Shown: piece after piece, positions 27,128-33,588 of the stretch
Layout of the letters: every line of letters begins with the position of its first letter
Numbering within the stretch: position 1 is the first letter of the stretch
Notes under the pieces: generated by a model
The model's database searches: none
The model's input: only the letters and a program-made list of their open reading frames with translations
Told to the model about the DNA's origin: nothing
Program-made: the position numbers and the translations under genes
Assembly (NCBI GenBank): GCA_037133315.1
Contig: JBAXOJ010000002.1
Coordinates: 1 to 38,786 of the forward strand
Reading direction: 5' to 3'
From: Clostridia bacterium
GTDB taxonomy: Bacteria; Bacillota; Clostridia; JBAXOJ01
Length of the DNA: 38,786 bases

Positions 27128-27157
27128 TTGTATCAATACAACAATCATCCGTAAAAT
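27128..27157 (+). promoter_or_regulatory. Candidate hypCDE promoter overlapped by palindromes
   Basis: -35 TTGTAT (27128-27133), 18-nt spacer, -10 TAAAAT (27152-27157). The palindromes ATTGAT-TGT-ATCAAT (27123-27137) and TTGTAT-CA-ATACAA (27128-27141) overlap the -35. Confidence 0.35.
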
Positions 27158-27176
27158 TAACGAAGGGCGTGATTTT

Positions 27177-27422
27177 ATGTGTTTAGGGACGATCGGACGT
27201 GTTATTTGTATTAATGGAAGAGAAGCAACGCTGGACGTCGACGGCGTCGAAGTCAACGTGGAACTCGGTCTGCTGAGCGACATAGAAATCGGCGATTTGG
27301 TCATGGTACATGCGGGCTGCGCGATTCAAAAAATGGACCAGGACGAAGCGGATGAGTTCAATCAGTTGGCAGAAGAAATCACAAGCGTGATGCGAAATCG
27401 GTGTGAAGACAGAAATGATTAA
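27177..27422 (+). CDS. hypC: Hydrogenase maturation chaperone HypC/HybG family
   Basis: Begins MCLG (essential N-terminal Cys), then ...V.V.G....V.L.LL.D...GD.V.VH.G.AI, at about 80 aa. Confidence 0.92.
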   Translation: MCLGTIGRVICINGREATLDVDGVEVNVELGLLSDIEIGDLVMVHAGCAIQKMDQDEADEFNQLAEEITSVMRNRCEDRND

Positions 27423-28461
27423 AGCACTCGTCGGCGTGATTCAAAGTTACAAAGGCAGACCCGTCACGTTGATGGAGGTCTGTGGCACACACACGATGTC
27501 AATCGCGAAAATTGGCTTGAAACATATCTTGCCGGACAATATCAGAATCGTCTCAGGTCCTGGTTGTCCGGTTTGTGTTACCCACCAAAATTATATCGAA
27601 AGTGCACTGCTTCTCGCGCAAAGCGCCAAGATTTGCACCTTCGGTGACCTGATGCGGGTCCCCGCAGCACAAGGCACGCTCGCCGCGGCAAACGACGTCG
27701 AGATGGTCTACGCGCCGATGGACGCGGTTCAAGTTGCGTTGGCAAATCCCGAGAAGGAAGTTGTGTTTTTGAGTATCGGCTTTGAGACGACCACCCCGGC
27801 GGTGGCACTTGCTGTGTTGCGCGCGCGGGAACTGGGGTTGCAGAATTTGACCTTTTTGACGGCGAACAAGACGATGCCTGCGGTGATGGAGGCGCTTTTG
27901 TCCGCGCCCGATTTGCAAGTGGATGGATTGATTTATCCGGGGCATGTGGCGGCGATTGCAGGGACGGAGTTCTTCGACGCGTTGTCGCGCAAACACAAGA
28001 TTCCAGGCGTCGTGGCAGGGTTTGACGCCGCGCAAGTGCTGGTCGGTATCTGCACTTTGTTGGAGATGATCCAGGCACCGACTTGGGGTGCGGCAAATAT
28101 TTATAAAGCGGTCGTGAAGGCGGAGGGAAACCCCAAAGCGCAAGAGATTGTGCGCCAAGTCTTTGAGCCGGTGGACGCCTATTGGCGTGGGTTTGGGATG
28201 ATTGCGCAATCGGGACTGGGACTGCGCACCAAATTTGCACAATTTGATGCGGCAAAGAAATTCGCGCCGATTCTGCAAGGAATGAAACAGTTTGAAGAGC
28301 CCATCGGGTGCTTGTGCGGAGAAGTGTTAAAAGGAAAAGTGGCGCCGCGCGACTGCGGGTTATTTGGGGTGGCGTGTACGCCGCAAAACCCAGTTGGCGC
28401 CTGCATGGTGTCTTCGGAAGGGTCGTGCGCGGCAGAATATCGATACGGAGGCGTGTTATGA
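27403..28461 (+). CDS. hypD: Hydrogenase maturation Fe-S protein HypD
   Basis: LMEVCGTHT, GPGCPVCVT, GFETT, and a C-terminal Cys-rich end ...GACMVSSEGSCAAEY. The start is GTG 27403 or ATG 27415, and it overlaps the hypC end. Confidence 0.92.
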   Translation: MKTEMIKALVGVIQSYKGRPVTLMEVCGTHTMSIAKIGLKHILPDNIRIVSGPGCPVCVTHQNYIESALLLAQSAKICTFGDLMRVPAAQGTLAAANDVEMVYAPMDAVQVALANPEKEVVFLSIGFETTTPAVALAVLRARELGLQNLTFLTANKTMPAVMEALLSAPDLQVDGLIYPGHVAAIAGTEFFDALSRKHKIPGVVAGFDAAQVLVGICTLLEMIQAPTWGAANIYKAVVKAEGNPKAQEIVRQVFEPVDAYWRGFGMIAQSGLGLRTKFAQFDAAKKFAPILQGMKQFEEPIGCLCGEVLKGKVAPRDCGLFGVACTPQNPVGACMVSSEGSCAAEYRYGGVL

Positions 28462-29468
28462 AATTTGCAGCAAGGGAACAAATCACCATTGCCCAAGGTG
28501 GCGGCGGGACCGCGTCACAAGAATTAATACATGATGTGTTTCTGCGGCATTTTGAGACAAACGAAACGCCAGACGCCGCGGTGCTTGCGTTCCCCGCGGG
28601 CGGTTCGCTTGCGTTTACGACGGATTCTTTTGTCGTTTCGCCACATTTTTTTCTGGGCGGCGATATAGGGAAGCTTGCCGTTTGCGGAACGATCAACGAT
28701 TTGACTTGCGTTGGCGCCCAGCCACTTTATTTGAGTTGTGGGTTTATCATTGAAGAGGGCTTCCCGATGGAGGCGCTCGACCGAATCGTCAAATCCATGG
28801 CGGCAACGGCCAAAATAGCAGGTGTGAAGGTGGTTTGCGGGGACACCAAAGTTGTCCCGAAGGGGCACTGCGACGGGATTTTTATCAATACGGCGGGGGT
28901 CGGCTTTGTGGCGGATGGAATGCGGATTTCGCCTGCCAACGCGCAAGTCGGAGACGCCATTATTTTGACGGGCTATCCTGGTGAACACGCGGCTGCCATT
29001 GCGACGGCACGCCATGAACTCGGGCTTTCGGGCGACTTATTCAGCGACTGCGCTCCACTTAATCGAATGATTGCAAAAATCCTTACGGAAGTGCCCATCC
29101 ATGTCATGCGGGATCCCACGCGCGGTGGCGTTGCGGCGTCTTGCAACGAAATCGCGCACGACAGCCACGTCGGCATTCTTTTAGATGAGACGGCCATCGT
29201 CATCCCGAAAGGTGTTGGCGCGATTTGCGCACTGCTCGGATACGACCCGCTTTATATGGCAAACGAAGGCAAGATGCTTGTGATTCTTCCTGCGGAACAC
29301 GCCCAGCGCGCCGTTGCGATTCTCAAAACGACGCCAGAAGGCCGAAACGCGGCCATCATCGGTCGCGTCGTCTCGGACCATCCAGAAAAAGTCGTCCTGC
29401 AGACCGAGGCTGGCGGAAAAAGGCTGATTGACATGCCTTACGGCGAACAATTGCCAAGGATTTGCTGA
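28458..29468 (+). CDS. hypE: Hydrogenase maturation carbamoyl dehydratase HypE
   Basis: AIR-synthase-like fold motifs (...FTTDSFVV.P.FF.GGDIGKLAV.GT.NDL...) and the diagnostic C-terminal ...LPRIC. ATG 28458 overlaps the hypD stop (ATGA); the ORF-track start at 28308 runs out of frame through hypD. Confidence 0.93.
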   Translation: MKFAAREQITIAQGGGGTASQELIHDVFLRHFETNETPDAAVLAFPAGGSLAFTTDSFVVSPHFFLGGDIGKLAVCGTINDLTCVGAQPLYLSCGFIIEEGFPMEALDRIVKSMAATAKIAGVKVVCGDTKVVPKGHCDGIFINTAGVGFVADGMRISPANAQVGDAIILTGYPGEHAAAIATARHELGLSGDLFSDCAPLNRMIAKILTEVPIHVMRDPTRGGVAASCNEIAHDSHVGILLDETAIVIPKGVGAICALLGYDPLYMANEGKMLVILPAEHAQRAVAILKTTPEGRNAAIIGRVVSDHPEKVVLQTEAGGKRLIDMPYGEQLPRIC

Positions 29469-29608
29469 GAATTTGCTAAGGAGTTGCTAAGGGAATCACT
29501 CAGCTGCGCGCTTGTTTACTTTATCGGCGCTATCGTCAGTTTATTGGTAAAAAATCGAGTGGAAACGAGACGAAAAGTCTCGTTATCATTCCAAAACTGC
29601 CAAGAAAT

Positions 29609-29630
29609 GAGGCGGTTTCGCCTTTTTCTT
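29609..29630 (+). terminator. Candidate weak intrinsic terminator downstream of hypE
   Basis: GAGGCG (29609-29614) / CGCCTT (29619-29624) with loop GTTT, followed by TTTCTT. The stem is short. Confidence 0.35.
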
Positions 29631-29816
29631 TACCAAAAAATCGGTTGCCTCGGATATAAAAGTAAAATCGAGCGAAAAGTGAAGCTGTAAGTTTACCAAA
29701 AATCAGCGGAATCGCGTGTGGAAGTAAAATGAAGTAAAGTGGCACGCGCGAATTCCATAAAATGCTTGATATTCCTCTTTGAACTCGATACAATTGCATC
29801 TAGTGAGGTGATAAAA

Positions 29817-30365
29817 ATGCCATTGACACACGTTGGAACCATTCCGCTCGAGACCGAACGTCTTCAACTGAGGCGTTTTGCGTTGGACGACGCGGCGGAT
29901 ATGTTCCACAACTGGGCGCACGACGCGGAAGTCACGAAATACCTTGTCTGGCAGCCGCACGCGAACCTGGATGCGACAAAAGAAATTCTGGCGGCATGGA
30001 CCAAAGACTATGAAGCCCCAGATAAATACCTTTGGGCGATCGTCTTAAAAGAGACGAATCAAGTCATCGGATCCATCGGCCTGAAGCCAAACGACACCTT
30101 ACAACGGGCCGAAATCGGCTATTGCATCGGGCGTGCGTTCTGGAACAAAGGCATCATGACGGAGGCACTAATACGCGTCTTGGACTTCGGCTTCACGACG
30201 CTCGGGCTCACCAGAATGCAAGCGTGCCACCACACGGCCAATCCGCAATCCGGAAAAGTCATGTTGAAGGCCGGCATGCAGTACGAGGGGTGCCTGAAAA
30301 AATGGAGTTTCAACAACCGAGGCGCACTCGTTGATTGCGAAATGTACGCAGCAGTTAAACAATAA
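29817..30365 (+). CDS. GNAT family N-acetyltransferase (RimJ/RimL-like)
   Basis: ...LETERLQLRRFALDDAADMFHNWA...VIGSIGL...AEIGYCIGRAFWNKGIMTEA... fits the Acetyltransf_3-type pattern. GAGGTGA lies before ATG 29817. Confidence 0.85.
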   Translation: MPLTHVGTIPLETERLQLRRFALDDAADMFHNWAHDAEVTKYLVWQPHANLDATKEILAAWTKDYEAPDKYLWAIVLKETNQVIGSIGLKPNDTLQRAEIGYCIGRAFWNKGIMTEALIRVLDFGFTTLGLTRMQACHHTANPQSGKVMLKAGMQYEGCLKKWSFNNRGALVDCEMYAAVKQ

Positions 30366-30384
30366 ATTCGAAAGCGGTGATGAC

Positions 30385-31152
30385 ATGAATCAAGAAATCT
30401 CGATCGTGACGCGTGGGGACGATCTCGCCAGTACAAGCAGTGCCAATCGTGCCATTTATGAGGGCATGACGAAAGGTGTTCTAAAGAACACATCAATCAT
30501 GATGAACTGTCCGCACACAAAGGAAGCAGCGGAACTGTTTGCGGGTCGCAAGGAATTTTGCATCGGGCTACACGCCAACATCAACGCGGAGTGGGACGAC
30601 TACAAATGGCCGTCCATCCTTCCGCGGAGCGAGGTGCCGGATTTATATGATGAGGCCGGGAATTTGTTTGGCGACAACAGCCTGTTGCACGCGCGCAAAC
30701 CTGACCTCGAGCAGATCATGGCGGAAGTCAATGCGCAGCTGGATTTGGCTACGAAGACGGGCTTTGATATCAAATACGCCGACACACACATGGGATTTAC
30801 CTGGGTAGTGGACGGGCTCCAGGACGCGTTTCGCAGTTGGGGCTTGCGCAAAGGGCTTGTGGTAGGCATTCCTGCCGTAAAACACATTCGCTTCGAACGT
30901 GTGCCCGATAGCGGCGAAGCGACGGTTCAAAATCTTGTGGCCGCCTTGAAAACGCTGGACGCGGGCTTATACATCCTGGTTGGGCATCCTAGCTTTGACG
31001 ACGCGGAAACGCGCCAACTTTATTTCAAAGGGGTGACGGGCGAGATGATTGCGCAAGAACGCGATGCGGACCGCCTCTGCTTCACGCATCCGGACATTCT
31101 GAAGGTTTACCGCGACCGCGGCATCCGGCCGACGCGGTACGACGAGGTTTGA
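30385..31152 (+). CDS. YdjC/ChbG-family carbohydrate deacetylase-like protein
   Basis: N-terminal ...IVTRGDDLASTSSANRAI..G...NTSIMMNCP... and ...IGLHANI... resemble the YdjC motifs (xDDxG...N.gI; GlH.nl). The start at ATG 30385 is chosen by eye. Confidence 0.7.
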   Translation: MNQEISIVTRGDDLASTSSANRAIYEGMTKGVLKNTSIMMNCPHTKEAAELFAGRKEFCIGLHANINAEWDDYKWPSILPRSEVPDLYDEAGNLFGDNSLLHARKPDLEQIMAEVNAQLDLATKTGFDIKYADTHMGFTWVVDGLQDAFRSWGLRKGLVVGIPAVKHIRFERVPDSGEATVQNLVAALKTLDAGLYILVGHPSFDDAETRQLYFKGVTGEMIAQERDADRLCFTHPDILKVYRDRGIRPTRYDEV

Positions 31153-31163
31153 GATGGTTTGGG

Positions 31164-32525
31164 ATGGGGGGCTTGAAAGTGAGAAAGATTACAAGTCTTT
31201 TACTGCTCTGTGTAATTCTCTTTAGTAGTTGTACAAATCAAAATCAAAAGGTTATCGTGAATGATAATTTTCAAGTATATGTTTATAAACAAAAAGGGGC
31301 AATAGATGCCGTTTTGATTGTTGATGCGCAGGGGAATTTATTTGAGAGAAGCGTAAAATATACTGGAGTTGAGCCAAAGAACAGTCAGCAAATTGAATAT
31401 GCTAAAGTAATGGGACAGGTGAAACAGGTTTCTGGTAAGTATGCTTTGAAAAATGACGGGACGCTTTGGTCATTAGAAAAAATCAAGGAACCGAAACAAT
31501 TATATTCCAATGTGAGGTCGTTTGAGCAACGTACAAACGTGTTGAATGTTCTGAAAAATGATGGGACATTATGGGCAGGTCTCGACAAGCCCGTTTTGAT
31601 AGCGGAGCAAGTGAAATCATCACATGATGGAATGTTTTTGCAGAATGATGGAAGCCTGTGGGCGTTTTGGAGAAGTGGGCAGACGTTTTGTATGACAGAC
31701 AATGTAAAAGAGTATTTCTTTTATGAATATCCAAATATGATTTTTATTATAAAAAATGATAACGTATTATATTCGTATCGTGTGGCTGATAACATTCACA
31801 GCGACGGAATTAGTCTAGAGTATTCTTTTGAGAAAAATATAGGGCAATATCTTTCAAGCCAAAAGAAAAAGGTTAAATTTGAATATTACTGGGCAGAAGT
31901 GGTAAATGATATTGTTCAGTTTATTCCTTCGCCAGGTTTAATCTATGTGATTCGAAAAGACAATAGTTTGTGGAGTTTTTATACAAATTGGAATTCACGG
32001 CCTTATTATAATAATGATTATTATAATAAGGTAATTAATCGATTCGACAATGTGAAACAAGTATATTTTGACTCTGCTGGAGCATATGCTCTGAAATTTG
32101 ATGGCACTTTGTGGAACGTAAAGAATGGGAAAATGATAATTGGTAATGTGAAAGATGTTTTTATAAGTGAGTTAAATTTTAATGGAACTACCAAAATTTC
32201 AGATTTGGCGTTAAAAAATGACTCAACGTTATTTGATTTTAGAAACGAGAATTTGAAAGTTCTTGACAATGTACTTGATGTTAAATGTTCTATGCAAGTA
32301 GCAAGTATTTTGCAAAGGGATGGAAGTTTGTGGTTTGCTGATACGGAGAGTTTTAAATATAAAATTAAAGTGGCGGACAATGTTCGTGTAGTTTTGTCAA
32401 ATGATGTCAATATCATTTTTATAAAAAATGATGGCAAGATTTTTGAGATTGAGATGGATCCATACGACATCATTGACTGGAGTAATTTTATTGTCCAAGT
32501 TGCGAAAGAAGTCATTCTTAATTAA
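31164..32525 (+). CDS. Probable lipoprotein with about nine RCC1-like (beta-propeller-type) repeats
   Basis: Signal/lipobox-like ...KITSLLLLCVILFSSC. Repeats ALKNDGTLWS, VLKNDGTLWA, FLQNDGSLWA, IIKNDNVLYS, VIRKDNSLWS, ALKFDGTLWN, ALKNDSTLFD, ILQRDGSLWF and FIKNDGKIFE. A sampled line is about 32 percent GC. The start may be TTG 31149, ATG 31164 or GTG 31179. Confidence 0.75.
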   Translation: MGGLKVRKITSLLLLCVILFSSCTNQNQKVIVNDNFQVYVYKQKGAIDAVLIVDAQGNLFERSVKYTGVEPKNSQQIEYAKVMGQVKQVSGKYALKNDGTLWSLEKIKEPKQLYSNVRSFEQRTNVLNVLKNDGTLWAGLDKPVLIAEQVKSSHDGMFLQNDGSLWAFWRSGQTFCMTDNVKEYFFYEYPNMIFIIKNDNVLYSYRVADNIHSDGISLEYSFEKNIGQYLSSQKKKVKFEYYWAEVVNDIVQFIPSPGLIYVIRKDNSLWSFYTNWNSRPYYNNDYYNKVINRFDNVKQVYFDSAGAYALKFDGTLWNVKNGKMIIGNVKDVFISELNFNGTTKISDLALKNDSTLFDFRNENLKVLDNVLDVKCSMQVASILQRDGSLWFADTESFKYKIKVADNVRVVLSNDVNIIFIKNDGKIFEIEMDPYDIIDWSNFIVQVAKEVILN

Positions 32526-32602
32526 TAATAACGCAACGCTATAATGAGTGGGAAATGAATTTGCCATTCTTCAAGGTTCGTTGCCATATGTATATTTCGC
32601 AG

Positions 32603-32880
32603 GTGTGTTAAAAATGGCACCTCTGTTCTTGGTTCCGCGGCAGAGATGCCCTTTTTAACACAAAAAAATCCCTAGAGGTCCCGATTTTAACACACGCCCT
32701 TGTTCGGCAACAATAATTTCCAAATAGTGGGCGGGAATGGGCTGAAAAAGAGTCAAAATGAGTCGCGAAATCGATGATTTCACGACGACGTGTTAAAAAG
32801 TGCCGTTCTAAGGACTTTTTTGTGTTAAAAATCAGGTGTCTGCCGCGGAACCAGGCTTAGAGTACCTGATTTTAACACAC
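32603..32880. repeat. Inverted pair of ~92-nt double-hairpin modules flanking a 94-nt centre
   Basis: Module 32603-32695 and the reverse complement of 32790-32880 align end to end. They share GTGTGTTAAAA, TGGTTCCGCGGCAGA, TTTTTAACACAAAAAA and TTTTAACAC. The first hairpin (32605-32661) plus CTTTTT also looks like the terminator of the lipoprotein gene. Confidence 0.85.
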
Positions 32881-33060
32881 TCGGTCGATTCCCTCGCGCC
32901 AACGGCATGCCTTTTCCTTTCCGCCCTTCACCGTGCAATTTAGATTTTTGGAGCATTAGCCTCGCAGTTTGTACTTTAATTATCATCCGCGATGCATTAT
33001 AATAACTGTAGTCATGCGTCCGCATGACGTCAGACTGCATTTTGATTGGAGGAAACAATT

Positions 33061-33588
33061 ATGAGTAAGGTGAAGAGCATTTTAGAATTTGCAATGAGAA
33101 TGGAACTTGGTGCGAGGGACTTTTACCATTACTACGAAAACATCACGGAAAGTGAAGCGACGCAGAAGACGTTTCGCGTGCTCGCGGACATCGAACACCA
33201 GCACTATATGTACTTGAAAAATAAATACGACGCGCTGGGATTTTCGGCGCCGCCGACCTCTATTTCTTGGAAGGTTGACGACACGTCAAAATCCATTGAT
33301 CCTGACATTCTCGCAGCGAATTCCGATTTAATCGCAGGCGGAGATGCGGATGGTGGCAAGGCCAATTCGGACCTTTCCATCATCAGAATGGCGTTTCTAA
33401 TCGAGAATGACTTTGCTTCATTTTACGCAAAGGCAATCGAGGCCGTTGAGGAGCCAGAAATCAAGGCGTTTCTCAGCGAGTTGAAGGACTGGGAATTGCA
33501 GCATAAAGAAATGTTCTATAAAAAATATCAAATGTTGCTGGATCAGCAATGGGGCGACATCGCCGGGATTTTGGGGGCTGGAAAATGA
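33061..33588 (+). CDS. Ferritin-like / rubrerythrin-family di-iron protein (no rubredoxin domain)
   Basis: Four-helix-bundle ligand pattern: E in ...[11 protein letters not shown], ExxH in [10 protein letters not shown] in [10 protein letters not shown], and ExxH in [16 protein letters not shown] lies 8 nt before ATG 33061. Confidence 0.75.
   Translation: MSKVKSILEFAMRMELGARDFYHYYENITESEATQKTFRVLADIEHQHYMYLKNKYDALGFSAPPTSISWKVDDTSKSIDPDILAANSDLIAGGDADGGKANSDLSIIRMAFLIENDFASFYAKAIEAVEEPEIKAFLSELKDWELQHKEMFYKKYQMLLDQQWGDIAGILGAGK

Noticed and set aside
27123-27137. FNR-type box TTGAT-N4-ATCAA at the hypC promoter
   Set aside because: The arms match (TTGAT / ATCAA) but the spacer is 3 nt, not 4, so it does not fit the FNR/CRP-family geometry. 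I keep it only as a generic palindrome.
27578-28696. 372-aa minus-strand ORF (and 27553-28278, 241 aa) antisense to hypD/hypE
   Set aside because: Long stop-free antisense frames are expected in GC-rich coding DNA. The product is R/P/S/A-rich with no recognisable motif, and the + strand carries unambiguous HypD/HypE signatures.
29462-29494. Three copies of TTGCT(G/A)AG(A/G) at 11-nt period across the hypE stop codon
   Set aside because: It is short and degenerate, with only three copies. The first overlaps the hypE C-terminal codons, and nothing suggests more than local slippage.
29484-29690. 68-aa + strand ORF in the hypE-GNAT spacer with one hydrophobic stretch
   Set aside because: The TTG start directly abuts AAGGAG (zero spacing). 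The frame runs through the hairpin, the candidate terminator and the repeat motifs, and the codon composition is unlike neighbouring genes.
32615-32629. Sigma-54-like promoter TGGCAC-N5-TTCT
   Set aside because: The -24 element matches, but the -12 element is TTCT instead of TTGC. The sequence is one arm of the conserved hairpin, and there is no enhancer-binding protein gene nearby.
32630-32640. T-box-like sequence TGGTTCCGCGG (compare UGGUACCGCG) upstream of the ferritin-like/leuS pair
   Set aside because: It sits in the loop of the hairpin rather than 5' of a terminator 5' arm. No stem I or specifier-loop features are present. An identical copy occurs inverted on the other strand, so it belongs to the repeat element.
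32684-32800. Integron attC-like site (TTTTAAC ... GTTAAAA in inverse-core/core orientation across the centre)
   Set aside because: Beyond the outer TTTTAACAC(AC)G / CGTGTTAAAA pairing, the interior does not fold as an attC bottom-strand hairpin. No intI gene or cassette array is visible.
32825-33058. 77-aa minus-strand ORF in the spacer upstream of the ferritin-like gene
   Set aside because: It has no RBS, runs through repeat module 2 and the promoter/5' UTR region of the ferritin-like gene, and has no recognisable motif.
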